A stretch of DNA of 37,919 nt from a virus (taxonomy: Duplodnaviria; Caudoviricetes): IMG/VR virus record IMGVR_UViG_3300037043_000294, positions 1 through 37,919 of that record. One strand, written 5' to 3'. Both the position numbers and the translations under genes were made by a program. Within the stretch, counting starts at the first letter, position 1, and the number at the start of each line of letters is the position of its first letter. Below are positions 1-9,105 of this stretch, piece by piece. The notes below the pieces were generated by a model, which saw only the letters and a program-made list of their open reading frames with translations, was not told where the DNA came from and did no database searches.

Positions 1-492
1 AAGTTCGGAGACACGGATGCCGGTGTTGAGAAAGAGGCTCACAATGGCAAAGTCCCGGAAGGCTTTCTTCCCCCTCGTATTCGAGATGGCCTTGAGGAGC
101 CTCTTTTTCTCGACATCGGTTAAAACATCCGGCGCGGGTCGTTCAACGTGCCGGATGCGAATTGCGGCGGCGGGATTGGACGGGATGTGGCCGGACGCGG
201 CGAGCCAGTTAAAGAAGGACTTCAACGAGGTCTTCACCTTGTTGACCGAACCTTCAGCCTTAAGGCCGCCGTCCGCCATGCGGGTCACCGCTGTGGACAC
301 GAGGAACTCGTTCAATATATCCGCTGTGACTCCGGAGACCACCGGGCATTGGAGACGGTTCGCAAGGAACCGCTCCAATTGCCCGAGGTCACGGATGTAC
401 GATGCGACCGTATGTGGTGAACGCCCGTCAGCCCGCAGTTTCGTCTCGAAGAGTTCAATTGCCCTGCGGGGCTTCAGCGGCGTTTCCGGCAT
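1..492 (-). CDS. Tyrosine recombinase (XerC/D-like), 3'-partial, runs off the left edge
   Basis: Not in the ORF track. Manual minus-strand translation from ATG at 492: MPETPLKPRRAIELFETKLRADGRSPHTVASYIRDLGQLERFL (SAM-like core-binding domain) ... KAFRDFAIVSLFLNTGIRVSEL (catalytic box I, TGxRxSEL) at the window edge. AGGAGG lies upstream. Confidence 0.9.
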   Translation of the reverse strand, partial: MPETPLKPRRAIELFETKLRADGRSPHTVASYIRDLGQLERFLANRLQCPVVSGVTADILNEFLVSTAVTRMADGGLKAEGSVNKVKTSLKSFFNWLAASGHIPSNPAAAIRIRHVERPAPDVLTDVEKKRLLKAISNTRGKKAFRDFAIVSLFLNTGIRVSEL

Positions 493-865
493 CGGCGTCT
501 GTTCCCTCCTGTGCGCGTCCTTTCTTCATCTCGGATTTCGGAAGCGGGACTTCCGCGAGGTATCCCTTCTCCTGAGCCCAGACGAGCATCATGCGGAACA
601 CGCGCTTGTTCTGGGTCACCGTGATTTCGCTCTTCGCCTTGCCGTTCGGCTTCTTGAGAAGCGCGTCGGACTTGAAGAATGTTCCGATGGTCGCCGGTGT
701 GAGTTTGCCGAGCGGCTTGTCCGCGCCGAAGTGGGTGGCGACGTTCTCAAGGCACCGTCCGTACACCGCTACCGTGCGCTCGTTCTTGCCCTCGTCCGTC
801 AGATACTTCAGGAATGCGGGGATTGCTTTCTCAAACGTGATTTCCTTCGCTTTTTTCGTAGCCAT
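455..865 (-). CDS. Stand-alone integrase N-terminal SAM-like (core-binding) domain protein, no catalytic domain
   Basis: ITFEKAIPAFLKYLTDEGKNERTVAVYGRCLE...TVTQNKRVFRMMLVWAQEKGYL matches the integrase core-binding helical pattern. AGGAGG RBS. Overlaps the downstream recombinase start. Confidence 0.75.
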   Translation of the reverse strand: MATKKAKEITFEKAIPAFLKYLTDEGKNERTVAVYGRCLENVATHFGADKPLGKLTPATIGTFFKSDALLKKPNGKAKSEITVTQNKRVFRMMLVWAQEKGYLAEVPLPKSEMKKGRAQEGTDADAGNAAEAPQGN

Positions 866-965
866 TGTGCATGGCCTCCTTTTTGTTTTTGTTCTTTCTC
901 TTTCGCCGGGTCTTGACCCGTTTGTAAAACCGCGTTTCGCCTCCTTTCGTTGTAATCGCGGTCAC

Positions 966-994
966 ATGTTGGAGCCGGGGCGCGGATAAGCCAA
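966..994 (-). promoter_or_regulatory. Possible sigma70-like promoter for the leftward recombinase genes
   Basis: Minus strand reads TTGGCT (994-989), 17-nt spacer, CAACAT (971-966), about 100 nt upstream of the ATG at 865. Weak consensus match only. Confidence 0.3.
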
Positions 995-1120
995 GCCAAT
1001 TTCAAAAAAAAGATTTGGGGCAATCCGGGGGCGCAATTTTCAAAGCGCAAAAAGACATCTGAAGGTGATTCGCGGGCGGGCTTTTTCCCGCGGCGGGGTT
1101 GCCCGATTCCAGGAGACAGT

Positions 1121-2656
1121 TTGAACAACATCGAAATGCCAAAAGACCATCGCGCCATCGGGCGCATACTGCGCAACCCGCGGCTCTGGGGAGAACACTA
1201 CCTCAAGGACCGCGACGGCGGCGCGCGCCGCTATTGGGCGCATCAGAATGAAGACTTGGAATGCCCGTCGACAAACATCATCCACCTCGACGGACGCGAT
1301 TCCGGGAAGACGGTCGACATCGCCACGCTGGCGCTGCATCACGCGTTCGTAAAGCAAGGCGGCTCCGTTCTGGTTGCCGCGCCGCATCAGGGCCCGGTGG
1401 AAACCATCGTCGAGGAAGTCGAGTTCCAGATCGAGAACAACTCCGACTTGCAGTCGAGCATCGCGGTCAATGCGCAGGGACGCCCGAAGATCACCCGGAA
1501 GCCCTATTTCAAAATCGAGTTCACGACCGGCGCGGTGATTTACTTCCGACCGGCTGGCGCTTACGGCGATCCGTTCCGGTCATTGCACGTCGATCTGATT
1601 CTTGTCGACGAGGGCGCCTGGCTCACTGAGAAAGCATGGAAGGCGCTGAGGCAGTGTTTGAAGGCTGGCGGTCGGATGCGGATTTATTCGACGCCGAACG
1701 GACTGCGCGACACGACCTATTACCGGCTCACGCATTCAAAGAAGTGGAAAGTTTTCAGATGGCCGTCATGGCTCAATCCGAACTGGACGCCTGAGCGCGA
1801 GGATGAACTCGTCGAGTTCTACGGCGGACGGGACACGGCGGGATGGCAGCACGAGGTCGTGGGCGAACATGGCCGTCCCAGCTACGGCGCGTTCAATCTC
1901 GAACATCTCACCATCTGCCGCCAGAACATTCCGGAGTATGAGTGCGTCGAGATCACCGGCGAGGAACTGAAAGATTGCGAGAACGAGGAAGCGGTCGCCG
2001 AACGGCTGGACATGCTTCTCAACCTCGCGCCGGTGGAAGGGCTGTTCTATGTCGGGGGCGATTTGGGGTACACCAACGACCCGACGGAAATCGTCATCTT
2101 CAGGGAGGTGTCGGAAAATGAAAAACCTGTTCTTCGTCTTGTTCGCCGCATTCACATGGAGCATGTGGCCTATCCTCATATTGCCCTTGCAATCGCTTTA
2201 ATAGACAGATATTTCAATGCCGCCGGGATCGGCGTGGATGCGGGCGGCAACGGACTGTCCGTGGTTCAGGAGTTGACCGCGCTGGATAAATATAAGGAAC
2301 AGAATCTCGCGCCCCGGCTTCGCGGCTACAACTTCGGAAGCTCCGTGGTCATCGGCGAGAACGACGGGCAGGAAATCAAAAAGAGATGCAAGGAATACAT
2401 GACGGCCCTGATCAACAAGGGGTTTCAGGCGCGTCAGATTATACTTCCCGATTCGGATGTCGAGATCGAAAGCCAGTTCACCACACACACGTATTCAATG
2501 AAAACGGGCAACGTCATTTATTCGAAAGGTCATGATCACATAATCGATGCCGTGCGATGCGCCGTGATCGTTCGGGAACAGGAACGGCTGGATGGGATCG
2601 GCGGCATTCTGGGCGACCTGCCTCTGCCCGTCATGACAAACCCGATATTCATTTAA
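1121..2656 (+). CDS. terL: Phage terminase large subunit
   Basis: Walker A-like GRDSGKT, Walker B LILVDEGA, coupling motif STP, RNase H-like nuclease acidic motifs GGDLG, GVD and HDHIIDA. TTG start after AGGAG. Confidence 0.92.
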   Translation: MNNIEMPKDHRAIGRILRNPRLWGEHYLKDRDGGARRYWAHQNEDLECPSTNIIHLDGRDSGKTVDIATLALHHAFVKQGGSVLVAAPHQGPVETIVEEVEFQIENNSDLQSSIAVNAQGRPKITRKPYFKIEFTTGAVIYFRPAGAYGDPFRSLHVDLILVDEGAWLTEKAWKALRQCLKAGGRMRIYSTPNGLRDTTYYRLTHSKKWKVFRWPSWLNPNWTPEREDELVEFYGGRDTAGWQHEVVGEHGRPSYGAFNLEHLTICRQNIPEYECVEITGEELKDCENEEAVAERLDMLLNLAPVEGLFYVGGDLGYTNDPTEIVIFREVSENEKPVLRLVRRIHMEHVAYPHIALAIALIDRYFNAAGIGVDAGGNGLSVVQELTALDKYKEQNLAPRLRGYNFGSSVVIGENDGQEIKKRCKEYMTALINKGFQARQIILPDSDVEIESQFTTHTYSMKTGNVIYSKGHDHIIDAVRCAVIVREQERLDGIGGILGDLPLPVMTNPIFI

Positions 2657-2669
2657 AAGGAACCACGGA

Positions 2670-3029
2670 ATGACCGATCAGGAACTCATAAAAGAAAAAA
2701 TGGAGAGCGTCACCGATCTGCTGCTTCGCAAAAACCGCGACTACGGCAGCAGCTTCCGAAAGCCCGGCATGCTGTCCGGCGCGCTCGACCCGAAATCAAA
2801 ATTGCTTGTACGCATCGACGACAAACTCGAACGGTTCGGCAACCTGCTCGCAAAAGACTCGGACGGCGATGTGCCGAATGAAAGCATGTCCGACACCGTG
2901 ACCGATCTTGTCGGCTACTTCGTACTTCTGGGAATACTGCTGGACGAGCAGAAACAGGCTGGACGTCCCATGAGCGTCATCGAGGCGCATGGCAGACAGG
3001 ACGACACAAAAAACGGGGCAAACGAGTGA
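2670..3029 (+). CDS. DUF1599 / nucleotide-modification-associated domain 1 (all-alpha NTP pyrophosphatase-like) protein
   Basis: Signature KNRDYGSSF...RIDDKLERF...ESMSDTVTDLVGY. Confidence 0.75.
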   Translation: MTDQELIKEKMESVTDLLLRKNRDYGSSFRKPGMLSGALDPKSKLLVRIDDKLERFGNLLAKDSDGDVPNESMSDTVTDLVGYFVLLGILLDEQKQAGRPMSVIEAHGRQDDTKNGANE

Positions 3030-4564
3030 AGAAACGAAACGGCAACAACAACCGCTCTCAATACGGCAACAATACCACGGGTCTTACCATGATCGGCTCG
3101 AATATGGGAACAGCCGCGGAACTGAACTCCTCCGCGTTCAGCGCACAGTCCGTGAGCGACGCCATCCCGAAAACGTTTGAGGAACGCGCGGCCAAGGCAT
3201 GGCAGTTCTACACCGAGGAGCCCATCGTTCAGAACGCGATCAACTCATGGCGCACGTTCGCCATCGGCGATGAAATACAGTTCAACTGCGACGACGAGGA
3301 TGTGAAATGGGAAGCCCGCGAGTTCGCCGCCCGTGTGCAGTTGAACAAACTCATCAAGGACAGCGTCCTTCAGTGCCTCGTGAAAGGCGAGACCGTCTGT
3401 TTCAAACGTCCCACAAAAGACGGCAAGGACATCGAGGAAGTGGTTTGCGTAAATCCGATAAGCGTGAAAGTGAAATACGAGAACGGCAAACTCGTCGAAG
3501 CGAAGCAGACGCCTGAAACCGGAAGCGGCGAGCCGATTGATCTGCCGCTCGAGCAAACCCTGCACATCAAATGGAACGCGCCGTCCTACTCCCCGAGAGG
3601 CAATTCGATGGTCGTCACGGCATTCGAGTCCATCGAGCTTCTGCGGGACTACCGCAGCGCCGAGCGCGCCGTCGCCAAGCGATGGACGACTCCGCTCCGG
3701 TTCATTCAGGTGGGTGGTCAATTCGGCCAAAAGACTATCGTGCCCGATCAGAGAAGCCTGAATAGTGTTCGGGACATGCTCAACCGGATGGATATGAAGG
3801 CGGGTCTCGTTGTGCCGTTCTACGTGAAGGCCGAGACTTACGGCACCGAGGGACAGGTGCTGGACACCGAAAAGAAAATCAAGGAAATAAAGGAAGACAT
3901 CATCATCGCACTCGGGCTGGCGAAATCTCTCATCACCGGCGACGGCCCCAATTTCGCAACCGCGTCCATCGGCATGCAGAAGATGATTGTCATGCTGAAG
4001 GAAATCAAACAGGTCGCCCGCGACATTTTGAACTGGATTTTCGCGGACTGGCAGAAGCTCAAAGGCTACGAGGATAAGAGCATCAACTACATCTTCAACG
4101 ATCTCGATCTGACGAACGAGGTGGACTTGAAAAAGCTGTACATCGAACTCTTCGACCGCAAACTCATCTCGAAAAACAGCCTTCAGATCAAGATGGACCT
4201 GAATCCGGAAGTGGAAGATTCACAAACGGAGGCCGAGTCAAAGAAACCGTATGATCTTTCGGACAATAAAACGGCGGAAACGGTTATGAAGTTCTTGGAA
4301 TCCGGTGTCATTTCGATTGGAAAGGCGCAGGAATTGTTCGGGTTCGATAAAGAAAAAGACCGCCCGGCAACCGCAGACTGGAATTACAGGCCGCCCATGG
4401 TTACCGGCGCGGTGGAGTTCGACACGATTTGCGACGAGTGTGAGTTTTTCGACGATGAAAACAACTGGTGCGACGCGAACAACCGGGACACCCGGTTCGA
4501 TTCCCGCGTCTGCAACTCGTTCGAAAGAAAACGCGCAAAGGAAGGTTGCGGATGCAAGCAGTAG
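3026..4564 (+). CDS. Phage portal protein with a C-terminal Cys-rich extension
   Basis: Lies between terL and MuF, 512 aa. Portal-like segments: YTEEPIVQNAIN, LVKGE, VNPISVKV, HIKWNAPSYSPRGNS, IIIALGL, NFATASI. GTG start overlaps the upstream stop. Confidence 0.85.
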   Translation: MKKRNGNNNRSQYGNNTTGLTMIGSNMGTAAELNSSAFSAQSVSDAIPKTFEERAAKAWQFYTEEPIVQNAINSWRTFAIGDEIQFNCDDEDVKWEAREFAARVQLNKLIKDSVLQCLVKGETVCFKRPTKDGKDIEEVVCVNPISVKVKYENGKLVEAKQTPETGSGEPIDLPLEQTLHIKWNAPSYSPRGNSMVVTAFESIELLRDYRSAERAVAKRWTTPLRFIQVGGQFGQKTIVPDQRSLNSVRDMLNRMDMKAGLVVPFYVKAETYGTEGQVLDTEKKIKEIKEDIIIALGLAKSLITGDGPNFATASIGMQKMIVMLKEIKQVARDILNWIFADWQKLKGYEDKSINYIFNDLDLTNEVDLKKLYIELFDRKLISKNSLQIKMDLNPEVEDSQTEAESKKPYDLSDNKTAETVMKFLESGVISIGKAQELFGFDKEKDRPATADWNYRPPMVTGAVEFDTICDECEFFDDENNWCDANNRDTRFDSRVCNSFERKRAKEGCGCKQ

Positions 4565-7500
4565 CTGTTGATAAAACACTACACGACCGGATAGTCGAGG
4601 CGACGCTCGTGTCTCTGCACGAACGCGACCTCTATTCCGAGCAGACGGTGTCCCGCGTCCTGGATTCGCTTCAGCGCTCCGAAAAGGACGTTAAGGCGAG
4701 CCTTCTTTATTATGCCAATCTCGGCTCCCTGCCCGAGGGCAAAGCAATCAATCAGGCGTCGCTCAAAAAACTCCAACAGCAGATAAGGGAACACATCCGA
4801 ACTGTCCGCGATGAACACTCACTCATCATGAAGACCGCCGTCAAAGAGAGTTACAGGGCGGGCATTCACAGCGGCATCGGCGATCTCGTCCGGGCGAAAA
4901 TGCCGTTTTACCGCGACCTCACGCCGGACGGCATCAAGCAGTGCGGCAGCAACATCTTCACGCTGATCGATAAAGACGCCCTGGACTTCATGGCGAACTA
5001 CAACGTGCAGCTCGCCGGAGACGTGTCCCGCGAATTGACTGACGGGATCAACCGCGCGATCCAGACCGGCATCGCTTCCGGACGCAGTGTCCCGGAGATC
5101 GCGAAAGACATCGGGCGCGTGATCAAAGACCCCGAGGAATTCAGAAAAGCCGGAAAGACAGTTTTCAAGACGGCGCAGTACCGGATGGAAATGATCGCCC
5201 GAACGGAAACGCTCCGCGCCCACAATCAGGGGCGCATGAAGTTCTACAACACCGTCGGCGTAACAAAAGTCGAATGGATGGCTGTCGGCGACGAGCGCGA
5301 ATGCCCCGTGTGCCGGGAACTGGATGGAAAGATATTTCCGATAGACAAAGTCCCGAATATTCCCGCACATCCCCATTGCCGGTGTCAAATACTGAACGCC
5401 TATCCGTCTGACATCTGCGGCGCGAAAAATCTCGGCGCCACCGCCGCGCCGTCGGAAGCCGCCTGCATCCTGCCGCCGCAGACCATCGAGGACATGGCAA
5501 AGGAAAAACAGTCCGAGGCGATCAAGATCGGGCAGTACATGTCAAAAGGCGAATGGGAAAAACTCACAATTAAACAACTTCAGGATCAGGCCAAGGCGAA
5601 CGGCATCTCCATCGCCCGCACCAAGTCTGACTTCCTCGATATTCTCAAACAGAAGACCGGAACGGACTTCTCGCACCTGTCCGGCAAAGACCTGCAGGCG
5701 CTCATAAAAGAAAACAAAATCGCCGCGCTTCGCAACAAGGACGACCTGATCAATCTGTTGAAGGCGAAAGCAAAACATGAAGATATACCGGACTTCGGGT
5801 CCATGCCCGTGTCCAAGCTGAAAGAGCTGGCGCAGGAGAAAGGCATTTCCCTCAATCTCACGAAGCAGGAAGTAATCGACATCCTCGATGTGCTGGAACC
5901 CGGCGTGGACCACAGTGGTCTGTCCGGGCAGGCGCTCATCGAGGCGAAAACGAAGTTCAATCTCCCGATTCTCAAAACGAAAGAACACCTCGTCAAGGCG
6001 CTGGAGAAAAACTTCAAAGAGGAAATCGGAAAAAAGGTCACGAAGGAAGCAGTCGTTCAGGTCGCCGAGGAAACAATCAAAAAGGAAAAAGACCAGATCG
6101 TCTCCCTGCTGGATGCCGTCAAAGTTTCCACGGACCCGAAGGATTATCAGACGGTTCTTTCCGCGATCAAGGACGCAGAGTCGTTTTTCGGTAAAGGCGG
6201 ATTCTCCGTCGACGACGCTTTCCTGAAAGAGAAAGCGTCTGAAATTGTAAAAAAGAAAGCCGAGTTCAAGGCAAAGATTCAGGCGATGAATTCGAAGGAA
6301 ATGAAAGACCTCGCCAAGCAGACCAAGATTACGCACTGGCAGTGGGGTTCGAAAGACGATTTTATCGCGCTTTTCACCGAGACGGACGACGCGGCGATTC
6401 AGGCCGCGAAGGACAGCATCGAGGCAAAGTGGGCAAAGTGGGCCGAAAAATATGGAAAGAAGCCCGCAGCCGGAGTCCAGGCGCCGCAGCCGAAAGCGCC
6501 GCCGAAACACACGCCCCAGCCCGCCCCGGAACCGGTCGCGCCGCCCGTCCTTCAAAAACCGCACGCGGACCTGTCTTCCGGTTTCGCAAAAATGGACTCT
6601 GAATGGGACGCGTTGGATAAGGCAAAGGCTTTCAAATATTCGAAGGACGCGAAATCGCTCGGCGGCGCTCATGAGAAATACATTTATATTGACGAACACG
6701 GCGACGAGTGGCTTTTCAAACCGACGGACAAATTTATCGCGCACGGCGAAGAGATGGGCTATAGAATCGCCCGGCTCATTGACCCCGACTCCGTCGAGGC
6801 GCGTTATATCGAACTCGACGGTCGCTCCGGCTCCATTCAGCGGCTGGTGAAGAACGTCAAATCAGAAGCGTCGTTTCGGGACATCCCCATCGGCAAGCTG
6901 TCTCCTTCCGAGATCGAGTCCATCCAGAGAGAACACATCCTCGACTGGCTCATATCGAACCACGACGCGCACGCCAAACAATTTGTCCGCGCCGCGGACG
7001 ACAAGGTCTTCGGGATCGATAAGGGACAGACGTTCAAGTTTCTCGGCAAAGACAATCTCTCCATCGCCTATCATCCGAACTCGATGGAGGCCGAGCCGAT
7101 TTACAACACGATGTTCCGGGCATACCAGAACGGCGAGATAGACATCGACCTGCAGGCGGCGCTCAAAACCATCCAGCGCATCGAGAAAATCCCGGACTCC
7201 GAATACGTCGAAATAATCCGGCCTTACGTCGAGGGGCGTTTCGGCGTAAAGGCGAGCGCCGCGAAAGATGAGTTCTACCGGCTCGCGCTGGAGCGCAAGA
7301 ACAACATCCGTCGGGACTTCGAGAAGTTTTATAACGACTTGCACAAAGCGCGTTTCAAAGCCGAGTTCCGGTTCCAGGACGACGTTAAAACGATGCGGAA
7401 ACTGTCCGGGGAAGACGAGACAATTCTGCGCGACGCGCAAGCGATGAAGGGTCAGGGAAAAGCCATGCGCCTCGATGTGGACGACATCGAGGATCAGAAC

Positions 7501-9105
7501 GCTCTCGTTTTCACACAAAAGAACGTACAGGGCAAAGAGGAAACGGTCGTCCAGTTCAAACTGCGCCCGGATTCGGAAAAGAAACTCCTTGACGCGCTCG
7601 GCGAAAAAGGCAGCGCCATGAAAGGTCTCGCCACCGGAGACACGCTGCCCGAAGACACCTTCTACGACAAAATCTTGTCCGGCGCGAAGACGGTCAACCA
7701 CCACGTCGACAGCGGCGATTTCAAATATAACGCTGACACGCTGGATGAAATAAGGAAGATCATCCCCGACATTGAGAAGCTGGCGAAGTCGGGAAAAACG
7801 GCGTCCATCCGGGACATGGCCGAGGAATACAGAAAAGCATGCGAAGCTGTTCTGGATGCCGCAAAAAACAATACAAAGTTCCCCGGCAAGATCGAGCAGT
7901 ACACCGCTAAAAAACATCTCATCGCACAAGAGGCGAAGCCGGAACCAAAAAAGACGGGCTTTCGCTTCCAGAAAACGAACATCAAATTGGATCAGCGCGA
8001 GTGCCGCAACGGTGAAATCCACGTCGTCAAATCCGACGCGGATTTAAATGTGATCTTCGGACGGAGTTCGGGATTCAGCCGGGGTGTACAGTACCGAATC
8101 GAACTCGACGACGGCGTGGTCATGGACTACCGCCCGTGGGATTCCTCAAATCCTTATGCAGTTCAGGGACAGGTGGAAATCCGCGTCACCGGCAAAGTCG
8201 CGGACCCGGAACGGTTCGAGGCAATCCTCGACCGGCTCGATCAACTCGGAATCAACTCCGTGCCCGCGAGCGCCGAGGACGCCGAGATCATGTATTTGCA
8301 GAAACAGGCATACCTTCTGAAGAAAGACACGTCCGCCGCGTGGAAAAAGATGGGACAGAAGCTGGACTCATCGAACGCGACCAAGGCCGAACGCATCCAG
8401 ACAATGCGAAAGTTCTGGTCGGATGAACTCGGCGTCGACGATGTGGCGAAAATGCCGGGCTACGATCCGGTCGGAAATTATGAACTCGGATTCAAAGACC
8501 CGTCCCGGCGCGCGGGATACCGGCACCAGATGCGTTTTGATCTTACGGACGAGATGCTGGAGCGGGAACTGAAGGGATACGGTTTGTATCACAACGTCAC
8601 GGACAGCGGGAATGTCGAAGACCTCGTGAAGACGGTGCTCGATAACAACGGCAACATGGTCTCGACCATTGAGAAAATCCGCATCGGAGTTAAGCCCGGC
8701 GGCATGTCACCTGTTAGCGATATGGGAACCGGTGGCGCGTCGTACTTCTTCACACGTGTCCGCAAGTTGCCGACTGCCGGAGGCCGGGGAAGCGCGGGCC
8801 TTTATTTCAAAAAGCGGCTCCTGCGCCGGATGGACGCTATCACTTATGACCACGATGCGTTCGGGAAAGTGATTGACGATTACGTCCGCCGCAAGCGTCT
8901 GACAAGTATCGAGGATTACAAGCGGCTCGCTTCCGGCGGGCGCAGCGACGAGACGATTTTCAAATACACGGTGTCGCTCATGGATGAAATCGACGTCATC
9001 AAAACGAGTAGCGCGGCCCAACGCGGAAAGGTCATCGAACTGTTCAAGAAGAAAGGCTTCTCAAAACTGCCGGATGGCCGGAAGATAGAGGAAGTGGTGC
9101 TCTGA
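4552..9105 (+). CDS. Giant MuF (SPP1 gp7-like) minor head protein fused to SAP/HeH-like repeats, a HipA/PI3K-like kinase and a putative C-terminal ADP-ribosyltransferase
   Basis: Likely start ATG 4552 (MQAVAV, after GGAAGG). MuF motif IARTETLRAHNQG...W...DERECPVC..LDG...PAHPHCRC. Kinase motifs LGGAH, WLFKP, DWLISNHDAH, GIDKG. ART-like LYH...SYFFTR...DETIF. Confidence 0.85.
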   Translation: MQAVAVDKTLHDRIVEATLVSLHERDLYSEQTVSRVLDSLQRSEKDVKASLLYYANLGSLPEGKAINQASLKKLQQQIREHIRTVRDEHSLIMKTAVKESYRAGIHSGIGDLVRAKMPFYRDLTPDGIKQCGSNIFTLIDKDALDFMANYNVQLAGDVSRELTDGINRAIQTGIASGRSVPEIAKDIGRVIKDPEEFRKAGKTVFKTAQYRMEMIARTETLRAHNQGRMKFYNTVGVTKVEWMAVGDERECPVCRELDGKIFPIDKVPNIPAHPHCRCQILNAYPSDICGAKNLGATAAPSEAACILPPQTIEDMAKEKQSEAIKIGQYMSKGEWEKLTIKQLQDQAKANGISIARTKSDFLDILKQKTGTDFSHLSGKDLQALIKENKIAALRNKDDLINLLKAKAKHEDIPDFGSMPVSKLKELAQEKGISLNLTKQEVIDILDVLEPGVDHSGLSGQALIEAKTKFNLPILKTKEHLVKALEKNFKEEIGKKVTKEAVVQVAEETIKKEKDQIVSLLDAVKVSTDPKDYQTVLSAIKDAESFFGKGGFSVDDAFLKEKASEIVKKKAEFKAKIQAMNSKEMKDLAKQTKITHWQWGSKDDFIALFTETDDAAIQAAKDSIEAKWAKWAEKYGKKPAAGVQAPQPKAPPKHTPQPAPEPVAPPVLQKPHADLSSGFAKMDSEWDALDKAKAFKYSKDAKSLGGAHEKYIYIDEHGDEWLFKPTDKFIAHGEEMGYRIARLIDPDSVEARYIELDGRSGSIQRLVKNVKSEASFRDIPIGKLSPSEIESIQREHILDWLISNHDAHAKQFVRAADDKVFGIDKGQTFKFLGKDNLSIAYHPNSMEAEPIYNTMFRAYQNGEIDIDLQAALKTIQRIEKIPDSEYVEIIRPYVEGRFGVKASAAKDEFYRLALERKNNIRRDFEKFYNDLHKARFKAEFRFQDDVKTMRKLSGEDETILRDAQAMKGQGKAMRLDVDDIEDQNALVFTQKNVQGKEETVVQFKLRPDSEKKLLDALGEKGSAMKGLATGDTLPEDTFYDKILSGAKTVNHHVDSGDFKYNADTLDEIRKIIPDIEKLAKSGKTASIRDMAEEYRKACEAVLDAAKNNTKFPGKIEQYTAKKHLIAQEAKPEPKKTGFRFQKTNIKLDQRECRNGEIHVVKSDADLNVIFGRSSGFSRGVQYRIELDDGVVMDYRPWDSSNPYAVQGQVEIRVTGKVADPERFEAILDRLDQLGINSVPASAEDAEIMYLQKQAYLLKKDTSAAWKKMGQKLDSSNATKAERIQTMRKFWSDELGVDDVAKMPGYDPVGNYELGFKDPSRRAGYRHQMRFDLTDEMLERELKGYGLYHNVTDSGNVEDLVKTVLDNNGNMVSTIEKIRIGVKPGGMSPVSDMGTGGASYFFTRVRKLPTAGGRGSAGLYFKKRLLRRMDAITYDHDAFGKVIDDYVRRKRLTSIEDYKRLASGGRSDETIFKYTVSLMDEIDVIKTSSAAQRGKVIELFKKKGFSKLPDGRKIEEVVL

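Noticed and set aside
17-916. 299-aa plus-strand ORF
   Set aside because: Antisense shadow of the two minus-strand recombinase-related genes, which carry clear motifs and RBSs.
1121-2656. Intein in the terminase or other large proteins
   Set aside because: TerL is normal length, and no C-x...HN-(C/S/T) splice motifs or LAGLIDADG blocks were seen in it or in the fusions.
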